In this document: piece after piece, positions 50,695-62,015 of the stretch | Position numbering within the stretch: position 1 is the stretch's first letter | How the letters are laid out: each line of letters starts with the position of its first letter | Source: Leptolyngbyaceae cyanobacterium | GTDB lineage: Bacteria > Cyanobacteriota > Cyanobacteriia > Phormidesmidales > Phormidesmidaceae | Assembly: GCA_050331235.1 (NCBI GenBank) | Contig: JBHJHA010000011.1 | Coordinates: 96,001 to 160,000 of the forward strand | Direction: 5' to 3' | Length of the DNA stretch: 64,000 nucleotides | Made by a program: the position numbers and the translations under genes | Notes under the pieces: model-generated | The model's input: only the letters and a program-made list of their open reading frames with translations | Database searches by the model: none | What the model was told of the DNA's origin: nothing

Positions 50695-52935
50695 CTAACG
50701 ATTTTGGCTGCGCTCTAAGAGTTGCTGCACCTCTTCGCTCGGAGTATAGCTATAGCCATAGGTCGACTGATCCGAATCATCCAAAATTTCGGGGGTCAAC
50801 AGTACAATCAACTCTTGCCGGGAAGTATCATTCACCGTGCTGCGGAACAGAGAACCCAACAGGGGAATATCGCCCAAGATGGGGACTTTAGCCACGGAGG
50901 TGCGATCGGTCTCTTGGATGATGCCAGATAGCACCAGCGTTTGCCCATCTCTCACCCGCACTTGACCTGAAGACAACTGTCTTTCGGCCAGCAAGGTCAC
51001 AAAGGCGTTGGAAACCCCAGTAAAGCTAAAGGTCTCGATCCCAGAAGGGGCAGAAATCGACGGTGCTACCGATAGCGTGACAAAGCCGTTGTCATCAATA
51101 CGCTCGACATCCACCTGCAAGATCAAGCCCGCTGGCTCCGTTTCAACCTCAATGGTTTGAGACACCGTGCCCAAATCACTCACTTCTTGAGAGACTTCAA
51201 AATCAGTAACAACCTCTTCGGTCAGCTGCACAGAGGCGACTTGTCCCTCTTGCACAATCAGGGTCGGATCAGTCAGGATTTTGCCGCTACCCTCTTGCAC
51301 GGTGGCGAAGAGCTGGAATAGAAAATCATCGGAAATACCCGGAATACTGCCGCCTAGCAGTGGCACACTGCCAAAGGGAGCTGCACTGGGAACTGCCGTC
51401 GTTCCCCCCGGCGTTTGGTCACCGAAGTTGATGGCCCCGACCCCCCCTAGCACGCCAACATTAAAGTCGCCAGCCTGGAACGAGAAACTCGTACCGAACG
51501 CATCCAGCGCGTCTAGATCAATATCAATCACCTTGACATTGATAGCCACCTGACGGCGTCTGAGGTCAAGGCGAACGAGCTGGGCGGTGGCTAACTCAAT
51601 CAGTTCCGGCTGGCCCACTAAGGTAATAGAATTTGTCCGTTCCTCAGCAATGACCTGCAGGCCACGAAAGATGGGATTGCTGTCTTCGAAATCCGCTCGC
51701 TGCACCTCAATTCGCTCTTCGGTGGTCGTTTGGGTCTCAGTCAACGGTGGGGCCCCCTCAGAGACTTCGACGGCGCTTACCGAAGTTACCTGCCGCTCTC
51801 GGCTAACGGCGCTCTCAGCCCCTAAACCGACCAAAAAGTTACTGGCAACGGTTGCATCAATTTGGTTTAGGCGCAGCGTTCTCACGGTGACGTTTTGTGC
51901 CGATACCGGCAAGCTCGGGCCAACGTAGATAGTACGTCCGACACGGTTAGCTTGGAGCCCAGTTACCCGTAGCACACTGTTGAAGACATCCTGCACCGAT
52001 TCGTTCTCGATATCAAGGGTAATGGGCGGGCCTTCACCAGATCCAGCACTCTCACCGTCACCGCCCTCTTCACCAGCATCGATAAAGACTAAGTTGAGCC
52101 CGGCGGCCCGAGCGAGTAAGCCCAAAACTTCTCGGGATGGAGCATCTCTCAACACCAACCGGGGAACTCGCTCCGCCGTCCCCAAGTCGATCGCGCCAAA
52201 GTTAGGAATTGTCTCTGATACAGCTATATCGCCCACCGGGGGGGGCACCGCCGCAGGAAGAAATGGTGGCGCTTGTTGCACTTCGGGGGCCGGTACCGGC
52301 ACGCCATCAATCACCACTTGAGGATTGGGCACCAGCACATCTGGGTCAGGCTCATCTGGCACCGCTTCGACCTCAACCTCAACGTCGACGTCGGCCTCCT
52401 CCTCAGCCTGAGAAATCACTTGCTCGGGGGGAATGAGCGGCGGCTCATCCCCCGGTACGGTCTCAATCTCCGTAGGCACGGGCGTACTGGCTTGGGGCGC
52501 TGCCCCCTCCGTCTCTGTCGCTACATCAATAATGATGCCGCCGGTATTGGACGTGCCAACCGTGCCCGTAGGGATGCGATCGCTGCCGTTTACTGTCAAC
52601 CGCACGCTGTTGCCATCGAGGGGGGCAAGGGCGATCGCAGCAATGCCCGGGGCCGGATTTTGCTGGACAAACTGACTCCCCTCAGGCAGCTGTAATTGCG
52701 TACGGACGATATCTGCCCGTAGCGTACTGCCCTGGTTGACCGCAAACACCTGGGGCGTATCACCCGCCTCGGTTTCCAAAACGATTTGCGCCCCACCATC
52801 CGTGGGAATCACCTGCACATTGGTGATGACGGTCGAAGTGGCCCAGCTAGGCTGCGCCACGGCGGCTAGCAGTACACTACTGGCTAAACAACTGCCATAT
52901 CCTAATAGTCGTTTCACGGTTCCTTCTCTCCTCAC
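50695..52935 (-). CDS. pilQ: Type IV pilus secretin with AMIN domain
   Basis: Signal peptide, AMIN domain, L.LLARAAGLN, secretin C-terminus KVPILGDIPLLG.LFR; last gene of the pilMNO operon. Confidence 0.9.
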   Translation of the reverse strand: MRREGTVKRLLGYGSCLASSVLLAAVAQPSWATSTVITNVQVIPTDGGAQIVLETEAGDTPQVFAVNQGSTLRADIVRTQLQLPEGSQFVQQNPAPGIAAIALAPLDGNSVRLTVNGSDRIPTGTVGTSNTGGIIIDVATETEGAAPQASTPVPTEIETVPGDEPPLIPPEQVISQAEEEADVDVEVEVEAVPDEPDPDVLVPNPQVVIDGVPVPAPEVQQAPPFLPAAVPPPVGDIAVSETIPNFGAIDLGTAERVPRLVLRDAPSREVLGLLARAAGLNLVFIDAGEEGGDGESAGSGEGPPITLDIENESVQDVFNSVLRVTGLQANRVGRTIYVGPSLPVSAQNVTVRTLRLNQIDATVASNFLVGLGAESAVSRERQVTSVSAVEVSEGAPPLTETQTTTEERIEVQRADFEDSNPIFRGLQVIAEERTNSITLVGQPELIELATAQLVRLDLRRRQVAINVKVIDIDLDALDAFGTSFSFQAGDFNVGVLGGVGAINFGDQTPGGTTAVPSAAPFGSVPLLGGSIPGISDDFLFQLFATVQEGSGKILTDPTLIVQEGQVASVQLTEEVVTDFEVSQEVSDLGTVSQTIEVETEPAGLILQVDVERIDDNGFVTLSVAPSISAPSGIETFSFTGVSNAFVTLLAERQLSSGQVRVRDGQTLVLSGIIQETDRTSVAKVPILGDIPLLGSLFRSTVNDTSRQELIVLLTPEILDDSDQSTYGYSYTPSEEVQQLLERSQNR

Positions 52936-52999
52936 GTAGGTTCTGGATGTTAATAACGGTTCACCCGACCGTCAGCACTGACGTTTCATATCCGACTCG

Positions 53000-53923
53000 C
53001 TATGCGCCTTCCGCAGGGGCAGCTTCCCCTTCCGCAGGCACTTCACCCTCACCCTCCGCAGGGGGTTCTGGCTCCGGTGGGATCGGAGGCTCCCGGGGAT
53101 CGCCCAGCGGCACCAAAACTTCCATCAAGAAAGACGTTGATAGGGGACGAACGCCTAATTGGTTGAGCTCCTCCTCGGTCAGCTCCCCCGGGGGAGCCGC
53201 AAAATCTTGATTAAACTCTCGAATAATCAACAGCGGCTCTAACCGTTCTAGGTTGTAGAGGATATTTTGAGTCTGGTTAAACAGTCCACGGAAGCTGACA
53301 TTAACCAACTGTTTCTCGAGCTTGCCTGCCAGTTCTGGCCCGTACTCCTCACCAACGGGCTCTGGCAAACCCACGGGGTCAAAGCTAAAAAGCTCCGAGG
53401 TAAAGGCCTGACGCTGGGCAACAGGATCTTCAGACAGTTGTTGAATGACCCGGTTTACCTGCTGCTGACTGAGGCCAACGGACGTCAACGTGGCGGACTG
53501 GGCCTCTGACAAGTTACCGGCGATCGCACCGGCGATCGACGCATTACTTTTCTCGATCTGTTGGTTGGTATCCAGCAGTAGCGTATCCAAGCTTGTAGGA
53601 TCACCTAGCAAGCTGTAAATCCCTTCTCGCTGGGTCAAGACGCGATCAAGCTCGGCTTGGACTTCCTCAACTTGCTGCAGATTCGCCGCCTGATTCGCCA
53701 GCGTGTTTTCCTTTTCCGCGATGCGGGTTTGCAGTTCCGAGAGTTGCGTCTGCACCGGACTCACCAGCCGCGTAAAGAGGAAGACCGCTCCGCCAATGCC
53801 CAAAACTGCCAGAGCAATGCCCTGCACCTTAGGCGTCAGCTCAATCCCAAAGGCAACCGGATAACTCGGGCCGTCAAGATCCTCAGCGTCATCAATTGGA
53901 ACAAAGTCATCCGTAAAGGTCAT
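53000..53923 (-). CDS. pilO: Type IV pilus assembly protein PilO
   Basis: FGI.LTP, one TM helix plus coiled coil, LDTLLLD and LERLEPLL; operon position. Confidence 0.82.
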   Translation of the reverse strand: MTFTDDFVPIDDAEDLDGPSYPVAFGIELTPKVQGIALAVLGIGGAVFLFTRLVSPVQTQLSELQTRIAEKENTLANQAANLQQVEEVQAELDRVLTQREGIYSLLGDPTSLDTLLLDTNQQIEKSNASIAGAIAGNLSEAQSATLTSVGLSQQQVNRVIQQLSEDPVAQRQAFTSELFSFDPVGLPEPVGEEYGPELAGKLEKQLVNVSFRGLFNQTQNILYNLERLEPLLIIREFNQDFAAPPGELTEEELNQLGVRPLSTSFLMEVLVPLGDPREPPIPPEPEPPAEGEGEVPAEGEAAPAEGA

Positions 53924-54708
53924 GGCGTCTCGATTACTCCTGAATCTCGAAGGGCACGAATTCGGGTCGCCAGGCCGACGGCACCCTGGCGATCCAAAAT
54001 GTCTAGTAAGTCCGCCGAAGGCACATCTGAGAAGTTGCCATCGATGGTGAAATCAACCAACACCTCCGGTCGATTGGGAGGGGACTCGGGACAAACTCCA
54101 TCCACTTCTGGATCCAGTAGCTCGTCGCGCTTTTGGGAAGTCGCAATGGTGACGCTGCTAGAGTCCAGCAGTGGTGATCGCTGCATGGTCAACAAAAAGT
54201 CATTGATGTCATCAAACGAGCAGGCCACCCCTTGAATGCTGACTCCGCCGGCGGGTGGTGGCGCTTCGCCTTCGGCCGCGCCGGGCGCTGGGGGCAAGGT
54301 CGTGCCCGCCGTTTGCGAAACCGAGGTCACCTGAATGCGGGTTGGAGTACGATCGCGGAGCTCTTTCAAAAAGGCTGACCACGGCCGAATCTGGTTGAAG
54401 ACGTTCACAAATGCCTGGTTTTCCGCGTTGACCAGCTCAATTTGCGTGCGCACTGTCTCAATTTGCTGTAGCTGCTCGTTGAGGGTGGCAATTTCTGCAT
54501 CGAGTTCCGCCTCTCGGGCCTGCAGCCGGTTAAGCTGCGTCTGCAAGTAAAACCAGTAGCCCCCCACCAGACCCAAAGCCGCGATCGCCACCAGTAAACC
54601 CAGCAGTAAGGGGGTTCGACTGCCGGTCGGTGCCGGAGCCCGAGTCGTCTTGGTATCGACGGGCCGAATTTCGCGATCCTTTAGAAAATTGACATCTAAA
54701 CCGTACAT
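53920..54708 (-). CDS. pilN: Type IV pilus assembly protein PilN
   Basis: MY.LDVNFLKDR, TM helix, coiled coil, PWSA.L and SFDDINDFLL. Confidence 0.9.
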   Translation of the reverse strand: MYGLDVNFLKDREIRPVDTKTTRAPAPTGSRTPLLLGLLVAIAALGLVGGYWFYLQTQLNRLQAREAELDAEIATLNEQLQQIETVRTQIELVNAENQAFVNVFNQIRPWSAFLKELRDRTPTRIQVTSVSQTAGTTLPPAPGAAEGEAPPPAGGVSIQGVACSFDDINDFLLTMQRSPLLDSSSVTIATSQKRDELLDPEVDGVCPESPPNRPEVLVDFTIDGNFSDVPSADLLDILDRQGAVGLATRIRALRDSGVIETP

Positions 54709-54711
54709 CGA

Positions 54712-55821
54712 CTAGACCTCCCTCAGCCCCAAACCAATCACTGTTGCCAACCCTGGCCGGTCTTCCACCTCGATATCATCTGCCGCATCTAGCGACAGCG
54801 CCGCTACCGGATCGATTTGGCTCGCCGGCAAACTCAACCGCTGGGCAAAAAACTCATCTAGTTGGCCGATCGCCGCCCCTGGCCCGGCCAGTAACAGTTG
54901 CGCCACTTCCATGTCTTCTGCTTGATTGAGATAAAAGTCAATGGATCGGCGCAGCTCATCCGACAGCTCACCCAAAATCCGCAACATGGCCGCCGTCCCA
55001 GGATTGGAACCGCCCCCTGTGATCGGCTGGGGCGACCCCACCGTATCCATCGGCGTCGTCGGCACCGTCATCCCTCGAAGCAAATCCGTATTGCGTGAAG
55101 GAGGCAGATTCATCGCCCGACTGAGGGACCCTTGAATCTGAAAAGTCCCAATGGGAACCGAGCGAGAAAAGTGAGGAATGCCATCCACCACGATGGAGAT
55201 TTCAGTACTTTCAAAGCCAATATCAACAATGGCCGCAGCCTCTTGAGGGGTAAACTGCCGCAACTGATCCCGAATGGTACGAATTAAGGCAAAGCTTGAG
55301 GTCTCCAACACCGCTAGATTGATACCCGCCTGCTGAAAGGTATCAATGTAAGTATCGGTAATTTCTTTACGAACCGCGACCAATAAAACTTGGACCTTTT
55401 CGATGCCATCCTCATCCACAAAAAAGCCCAGCTTTTGATAATCCACATCAGCTTCTTCTCGGGGAAAGGGCAAATACAGGCTGGCCTCTTGGTTAAGCAC
55501 CATTTCCCGGAGCTCATCTTCATCGAGCTCAGAAGGGACGGGAATCACCCGCGTAATCGCCCGTCCAGGAATCGCCGTCGTCGCATATTTCGCCTTAATT
55601 CGACCGTCAGTCAATCCAGTCTGAATCGCCTCGGCCACGGCAGGAGAATCAAGAATTTGCCCTTCTTGAAATGCCCCTTCGGGCAATTCTACCGACGATC
55701 TTGTCTCAAGCTTGAGCTTTTGCCCCTGTTTACGCACTTGGGCGATATTCACTCGCTCAGGGGTAAGCTCAACACCCACACTCTGGCGCTTAGATGAAAA
55801 TAGGGACTGAATGATATTCAC
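54712..55821 (-). CDS. pilM: Type IV pilus assembly protein PilM
   Basis: VGVELTPER, EASLYLPFPREE, ELRRSIDFY and GLGLRE. Confidence 0.93.
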   Translation of the reverse strand: MNIIQSLFSSKRQSVGVELTPERVNIAQVRKQGQKLKLETRSSVELPEGAFQEGQILDSPAVAEAIQTGLTDGRIKAKYATTAIPGRAITRVIPVPSELDEDELREMVLNQEASLYLPFPREEADVDYQKLGFFVDEDGIEKVQVLLVAVRKEITDTYIDTFQQAGINLAVLETSSFALIRTIRDQLRQFTPQEAAAIVDIGFESTEISIVVDGIPHFSRSVPIGTFQIQGSLSRAMNLPPSRNTDLLRGMTVPTTPMDTVGSPQPITGGGSNPGTAAMLRILGELSDELRRSIDFYLNQAEDMEVAQLLLAGPGAAIGQLDEFFAQRLSLPASQIDPVAALSLDAADDIEVEDRPGLATVIGLGLREV

Positions 55822-56378
55822 CGCCGTCTCCGTTTATGCCTTCGTCATCAAAACGAATATTCTGCAACGCGCCATATCAACCATCGGGAATACAGCGATC
55901 CACAAAATTGCGCTGACGTATGGTACACAATTTAAGTCAGAATTTCCACAGCGATAAACAGGAAACAAACCTTAAAAATTAGGCTGTGGCTCCACACATC
56001 GATTTCATTGCCAAAAGGATGTCTGTCCACCTTAATCCTGCTTCACTAACCGTATCGTTCCAACCCACACTCGCTGCCGTAGCCCCGGCAAAATGCCCGC
56101 TTCCCTGTAGATCACACATCGACTTAATTCGATCTATTTTTAGACCCATCAAGTTAAATAACTGCACCCTTACTTAACAAGTCGCTGGCCCAAAGACCGT
56201 CAAAATTACTCTTGGACGACTCCGTCAACGATCGTTAGTTATTGTCCTCAACCTCGTTATTAAGACGGCTAGATAAGATGTGTCACCTGAGATGTTACAC
56301 ACAATTCCGAAAAGTGAACCAACTAATATAGGAAAAATCTGAGAAAATCCATCTTTTGCATTAAGGGGTAGGGAAAAT

Positions 56379-57602
56379 ATGACTGAAACGACGAGCGAAT
56401 CGACACCAACCGTCTGGGGAACCCCCCTGTTGGCTGATGCGAAGACCCTATTGCTGCTAGGCTCAGGAGAACTAGGACGCGAGGTGGCAATCGAGGCGAT
56501 GCGGCTGGGGATCGAGGTCGTCGCCGTTGATCGCTACGCCCACGCCCCAGCCATGCAAGTTGCCCCCCGATCGCACGTGATTGACATGCTGGCGGGCGAT
56601 CGCCTTCGCGACATCGTCGAGCAGACACAGCCAGACCTGATCGTGCCGGAGGTTGAGGCGATCGCGACCGAGACCTTGGTCGCCCTTGAGCAAGAAGGCT
56701 GGACTGTAATTCCCACGGCTAAAGCCACACAACTCACGATGAACCGTGAAGGGATTCGACGATTAGCAGCAGAAGAACTCCACCTCCGCACCTCTCCCTA
56801 TCGGTTTGCCGGGTCACTAGAAGACTATCGAGCTGCCGTGGCGGCAATCGGCTTGCCCTGCGTGGTGAAACCAATCATGAGTTCGTCCGGTAAGGGGCAG
56901 AGCTTAGTGCGATCGCCCCAGGAAATCGACGCCGCTTGGGACTATGCCTATAGGGCCGGTCGCGGCAAGACCAAACACGTCATCGTGGAGGGCTTCATTC
57001 AATTTGACACAGAGATCACGCTCCTAACGGTACAAGCCCATGACGGCACCCACTTTTGTCCGCCCATTGGCCACCGCCAAGTAGCAGGAGATTACCGAGA
57101 ATCGTGGCAGCCCTGCGCCCTCCATCCTGCAACCCTCAAAGATTGCCAGCAGATGGCCGACACCATCACCGCGGCACTGGGAGGTCGAGGCCTATTTGGG
57201 GTAGAGCTGTTCATCGCTGGTCCCCCCGATCAGCCACAGACTGTGTATTTCAGCGAGGTCAGCCCCCGCCCCCACGACACCGGCATGGTGACCATGGTGA
57301 GCCAAAACATGTCGGAGTTTGAGCTACATATACGGGCCATTATGGGCTTACCCATTGGCAAGATTCAGCTTTGGCAGCCGGGGGCCTCGGCGGTGATTTT
57401 GGCCCCTGGCACTAGCGATCAGCCTCGCTACAGCGGCATCGCCGAGGCGCTCACCGTGCCAACCAGCAAGGTCCGACTGTTTGGGAAACCCCGCTGCCAT
57501 CCCCAGCGCCGCATGGGGGTCGCTCTGGCCCTGGGAGATTCCGTTGAGCAAGCCCAAGAGAGAGCGATCGCCTGTGCCAGCAAAGTGCAAGTTTTGCTTT
57601 AG
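56379..57602 (+). CDS. purT: Formate-dependent phosphoribosylglycinamide formyltransferase
   Basis: [44 protein letters not shown] and RRMGVALA. Confidence 0.96.
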   Translation: MTETTSESTPTVWGTPLLADAKTLLLLGSGELGREVAIEAMRLGIEVVAVDRYAHAPAMQVAPRSHVIDMLAGDRLRDIVEQTQPDLIVPEVEAIATETLVALEQEGWTVIPTAKATQLTMNREGIRRLAAEELHLRTSPYRFAGSLEDYRAAVAAIGLPCVVKPIMSSSGKGQSLVRSPQEIDAAWDYAYRAGRGKTKHVIVEGFIQFDTEITLLTVQAHDGTHFCPPIGHRQVAGDYRESWQPCALHPATLKDCQQMADTITAALGGRGLFGVELFIAGPPDQPQTVYFSEVSPRPHDTGMVTMVSQNMSEFELHIRAIMGLPIGKIQLWQPGASAVILAPGTSDQPRYSGIAEALTVPTSKVRLFGKPRCHPQRRMGVALALGDSVEQAQERAIACASKVQVLL

Positions 57603-57693
57603 GCTTTTAGGATGCCCTGGGCACTTTTCAGCTCAATCTTTATCGATCCAGCGACAGTGCTGGCTCTTTAGTCCCTTTCTACCCCCCCTCGCT

Positions 57694-58989
57694 ATGTCCA
57701 CCCTTCCTCGCTTTTGGTCTCGATTTGGTTTGTTTTTGCTGCTGGGCTTATTGATGAGCTGGCTCATTAGCTGTGGCAGTCCGTCGACCACGTCCAATAC
57801 CGGCGATGGGGGCACCCAAGAGGTCGAGTTTTGGACAATGCAGTTGCAGCCCGACTTCACGGACTACTTTAATGAGCTAATCGCTGACTTTGAGGCTGAG
57901 AACCCGGACATCACCGTCCGGTGGATCGATGTGCCCTGGGGCGACATGCAGAGCAAGATTTTGACGGCGGTGTCCGCCGGGACCGCCCCCGATGTGGTTA
58001 ACCTCAACCCTGATTTTGCCTCGCAGCTGGCCAGTAAAAAGGCTTGGTTGCCCTTGAACGATCGCATTTCTGACGGAGATAAATCCCTCTATCTCGACAA
58101 GATTTGGCAAGCTAACTCCCTAGATGGCGATAGCTTTGGCCTGCCGTGGTATCTCACCACCCGCGTCACCCTTTACAACACAGAACTGTTTGAGGCGGCG
58201 GGCATAACCGACCCCCCCACCACCTATGCAGAGCTCGCGATCGCCGCCCAGCAGATCAAAGACGCAACGGGCAAATATGCGTTTTTCATCTCCTTCGTTC
58301 CCGAAGACGCCGCCGATGTACTCCAGTCTTTCGTGCAAATGGGGGTTCCCTTGGTGGATGCTGACGGCAATGCCGCTTTCAACACACCAGAAGGGACTGC
58401 AGTATTTCAATACTGGACCGATCTTTATCAACAGGAGCTGCTGCCCCGCGAAGTGCTCACCCAAGGACACCGGCGGGCCGTGGAACTTTACCAGGCCGGT
58501 GAAACAGCCATTCTTGCTTCCGGTGCCGAGTTTCTCAGCACCATTGAGAAAAATGCCCCCGACATTGCGGCTGCGACCGCTAGCAGCCCCCAAATCAGTG
58601 GCGCAACCGATAAGAAAAACGTCGCCGTCATGAATTTGGTCATTCCTCGCTCCAGCGATAGCCCCGAAGCCGCCCTCAAGTTTGCCCTTTACGTCACCAA
58701 TGATGAGAACCAACTGGAGTTTGCGAAGGCCGCCAATGTCCTGCCTTCAACCACTACCGCTTTGGACGACAGCTATTTTACGGAACCCGCCGCCGATGCT
58801 GAGCCCGTGGCGATCGCCCGGTCGGTCAGTGCACAGCAAATGCAGGACGCTGAAGTCTTAATTCCCGCAATGGAAGATGTCAAGACTCTGCAAAAGGCGA
58901 TTTACACCAATTTGCAGGCCGCCATGCTCGGCCAAAAGTCTGTCGATGAAGCCATTGCCGCTGCCGCTGCTGAGTGGGATGCCCGCTAG
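57694..58989 (+). CDS. Sugar-type ABC transporter substrate-binding lipoprotein
   Basis: Lipobox LISC, EFWTMQL, APDVVNLNP and PWYL. Confidence 0.9.
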   Translation: MSTLPRFWSRFGLFLLLGLLMSWLISCGSPSTTSNTGDGGTQEVEFWTMQLQPDFTDYFNELIADFEAENPDITVRWIDVPWGDMQSKILTAVSAGTAPDVVNLNPDFASQLASKKAWLPLNDRISDGDKSLYLDKIWQANSLDGDSFGLPWYLTTRVTLYNTELFEAAGITDPPTTYAELAIAAQQIKDATGKYAFFISFVPEDAADVLQSFVQMGVPLVDADGNAAFNTPEGTAVFQYWTDLYQQELLPREVLTQGHRRAVELYQAGETAILASGAEFLSTIEKNAPDIAAATASSPQISGATDKKNVAVMNLVIPRSSDSPEAALKFALYVTNDENQLEFAKAANVLPSTTTALDDSYFTEPAADAEPVAIARSVSAQQMQDAEVLIPAMEDVKTLQKAIYTNLQAAMLGQKSVDEAIAAAAAEWDAR

Positions 58990-59389
58990 TGACTCGAGCA
59001 TCCGCCCGCAGCGGATCTGGACTTTTCAACATGTCCACTGCTCTTTCCCCAACGACTTGATCGCAGTCAGATGACTGCCGTCAAGCAGAGTTTGGCACTC
59101 CAAAACGACCTTAGCCAGGACTCACGCAGTGGAACTCTTGCCCCCTTATCTCTAACGACAGCCGGGGATGATCTAGTCAAGGGCAAAAGTCTTGTGGGTG
59201 CATCAGTGCGGCTGCATGATGAGGATGGTATCGATCCTCGCCATGCATTGGTCAACAAAGGACTCACTCTCAGACCTTCAGCCAGCAACCTTGACGGCTA
59301 TGGATGACGCCCATCTTCATTCTGTCATGGACCACCAGCGAGCTTCCGCCACCCGCACCCTGCCCATAGTCCCTTCCTCCAAGCGAACG

Positions 59390-60658
59390 CTAGCTCAGCG
59401 GTTGAGCTGGCTCGGTAGGCAAACGCACCGTAAAGGTACTACCGTGACCGACCTTACTGACCACCTCAATAGTGCCGTGCTGCAAGTCAACAAACTGCTT
59501 GACGATCGCCAGCCCCAGCCCAGTGCCAGGGATGTTGCTGACGTTGCGCCCTCGATGAAATGGCTCAAACAGATGCCGCCGATCAGCAAGGGGAATGCCA
59601 ACACCCTCGTCTTGCACCTGAATAATCACAACCCGCTGACGCTTTGCTAGCTTGAGGCGAATTGGCTTCGCGACAGCGGTGTAGCGCATCGCGTTAGACA
59701 GTAGATTGCTGAGAATTGAGCGCAGCAGGCGGACATCGAGGTGCACAGCCAGTTGGCGACTGCGGTGTACGAGTTCAATCGGCAACTGGGAGCGATGGTA
59801 CTCGTGCTCAGTCAACAGTTGACGGCAAAACTCAATCAACTCCAGCGGTTCAGGAGCAACCTCGAGAACTTTAGCTTCTATTTTGCCGATGACCAAGATG
59901 TCGTCAATCATGTCGGTCATACGCTCAACATTTTGATTGATAGCCCATAGGTAGTCTCCCTTTTCCTGGGCACTGAGTTGCGTGTCATAGCGGCTCAGTG
60001 AAGACACCGAGAGGGCGATGTTATTGAGGGGATTCCGAAACTCATGGCAAACCATTGCCACAAAGCGCGATCGCAGTTCGCTGAGCTCTCGCAGGTGTTG
60101 GTTGGCTTCCCGCAGCTTGGCCGTTCGCTGCTGCACTTTCATCTCCAGTTCCTCATTGGTCCGCTGCAAAATCGTCTCGGCCCAGCGCCTTTCGGTAATA
60201 TCGCGAAAGGTCACCACCGCGCCAATCAGCCGTCCTTCTTCGTCATGCATCGGCGTACTAATGTATTCCACCGGAAAGCTAGTGCCATCTTTGCGCCAAA
60301 ACACTTCGTCGGTGACCCGCCGGGTACTCCCGTCTTGAAATGCCTGATAAATCGGACAGGCCTCTCGCGGATAGTGCCTCCCATCGCTATGGGAATGATG
60401 CAACACCACATGCATTGATTTGCCGATTAGCTCTTCTATTGGCCAGTCAATCATCGCCGCCGCCGCTGGATTAACAAAGGTCACACGGCCCTCAAGATCG
60501 AGGCCATAAACCCCTTCGCCCACTGCGTTGAGAATCAGCCGATGCTGGCGGCGAAGCTGCTCTAGAGCTTGTACAACCGGCTTAGTCGTCGGTGACGATA
60601 GGGCCGCATCAGACTTCAATAGCGGATCAACATTAGACATGGGCTGACTGGCTAGCAT
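59390..60658 (-). CDS. Soluble PAS-domain sensor histidine kinase
   Basis: PAS/PAC (GEGVYGLD..G..TFVNPAA; VVTFRDITER), HisKA HEFRNPL, HATPase NLLSNA and GTGLGL; no TM segment. Confidence 0.93.
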   Translation of the reverse strand: MLASQPMSNVDPLLKSDAALSSPTTKPVVQALEQLRRQHRLILNAVGEGVYGLDLEGRVTFVNPAAAAMIDWPIEELIGKSMHVVLHHSHSDGRHYPREACPIYQAFQDGSTRRVTDEVFWRKDGTSFPVEYISTPMHDEEGRLIGAVVTFRDITERRWAETILQRTNEELEMKVQQRTAKLREANQHLRELSELRSRFVAMVCHEFRNPLNNIALSVSSLSRYDTQLSAQEKGDYLWAINQNVERMTDMIDDILVIGKIEAKVLEVAPEPLELIEFCRQLLTEHEYHRSQLPIELVHRSRQLAVHLDVRLLRSILSNLLSNAMRYTAVAKPIRLKLAKRQRVVIIQVQDEGVGIPLADRRHLFEPFHRGRNVSNIPGTGLGLAIVKQFVDLQHGTIEVVSKVGHGSTFTVRLPTEPAQPLS

Positions 60659-60722
60659 CTTTTCCTAGGCGATTGTACTAGCTAGTCGCCATTAATCCGT
60701 TGGATTTTTCGCCAGCAAGAAT

Positions 60723-60736
60723 GTAACCAAAGATAC
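60723..60736. promoter_or_regulatory. NtcA box
   Basis: GTA-ACCAAAGA-TAC, a perfect GTA-N8-TAC, between the divergent kinase and regulator. Confidence 0.65.
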
Positions 60737-60985
60737 TACGAAGCAACATCTTAAAGCTTAAGAAGAAAGAGGTAATAATGTTCGACTCATCGGTAAGTCA
60801 GCATCCTCAATCAGACCTTTTCGATTTCTTCTATTAGCTCTCTTAAGCGTCATAGATTGAGCCCAGGTTGTAAAACTCTCGCTAGCCAGCCATGCGGTTG
60901 AAACAGTCCGGATCTGTATTTGCAAAGTGCCACTCCGCCACTTCAATACTCAGAGACTTTGGTTTGAATCTCTCGTTAAACTGAC

Positions 60986-61798
60986 ATGAAAACGGTTTTA
61001 ATTATCGAAGACGAGCTTCAAACTCGCAATATTTTTTTGAAGTGCCTACAGTTTGAGGGATTTCAGGCCCATGGTGCCAGCAATGGAATTGACGGCATTC
61101 GATTGGCCCAACAATATCAGCCTGATTTGGTGGTTTGCGACATCATGATGCCTGACATAGATGGGTATTCAGTCTTGTCTACTCTCCGACAATCTCGAGA
61201 AACTGCCGTCATTCCGCTCATTTTTTTGACGGCAAAAGTAACGATGACGGATCTGCGTCGCGGCATGGAATTAGGAGCGGATGATTATCTCACTAAGCCT
61301 TGTACAGTAGATCAGTTTTTGTCAGCCATTACCACCCGACTCCAGCGCCATGCGGAAATCCATAGCGCCCTCAAGCGGCCCTCAAAAGCGGCTCCAATCC
61401 CTGCCCATCCTACCGCTCGGGCTACTGCCGCAACGAGTTGCAGCAGCATTTTTCCGGACTGTGCCAAATTAGCGAAGGTCTTCGAGTTTATTGAGCAGCA
61501 TTACTGTGAGCCGATTAATTTAAGTGATGTCGCCAACGCGATCGGCTACTCACCCGCCTATTTAACAAACTTGGTGCAAGCAGAAACTGGCCTAACCATT
61601 AAACGTTGGATTACCGAACGACGCATGTTTCGAGCTCGCCAGCTATTACAAACAACTTCGGACTCGGTAAAGCTCGTCGCTGAGCTGTCAGGATATACAG
61701 ACGCCAGCTATTTCACGCGGCAGTTTCGGAAATTCCATGGCGTTTCGCCACAGGCTTGGCGAAATAGTAGCGTCCACTGTAAACAGACAACAGCTTAA
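60986..61798 (+). CDS. Response regulator (receiver plus AraC HTH)
   Basis: LIIEDE, CDIMMP and GADDYLTKP; AraC motifs L.DVA..IGYSPAYL and SYFTRQFRK.HG.SP..WR. Confidence 0.93.
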   Translation: MKTVLIIEDELQTRNIFLKCLQFEGFQAHGASNGIDGIRLAQQYQPDLVVCDIMMPDIDGYSVLSTLRQSRETAVIPLIFLTAKVTMTDLRRGMELGADDYLTKPCTVDQFLSAITTRLQRHAEIHSALKRPSKAAPIPAHPTARATAATSCSSIFPDCAKLAKVFEFIEQHYCEPINLSDVANAIGYSPAYLTNLVQAETGLTIKRWITERRMFRARQLLQTTSDSVKLVAELSGYTDASYFTRQFRKFHGVSPQAWRNSSVHCKQTTA

Positions 61799-62015
61799 CG
61801 CCCTCGGAAAATTATTTTTCTGTATCAGAAGCAACGAATCGACAAATGTTTTTCAATCTAATAATCAAGTCCTAAAGAAAATCCAATTTACTTCTAAAAA
61901 TGGTCCTATAACTTATTGAAAACACCTGTTATATTGCTTAACTAATTACCAACCGCGATCGCGATGGAATTATTTTTCTCCAGTTCCGAGTAGTTAGTTT
62001 TAGCGGGATATCCCT

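Noticed and set aside
50436..55797. Many plus-strand ORFs opposite pilMNOQ (similar ones lie opposite carB and nblS)
   Set aside because: They are antisense shadows of well-supported genes in GC-rich sequence.
59067..59650. Short ORFs between the sugar-binding protein and the kinase
   Set aside because: They overlap each other or lie antisense to the kinase, and show no motifs.
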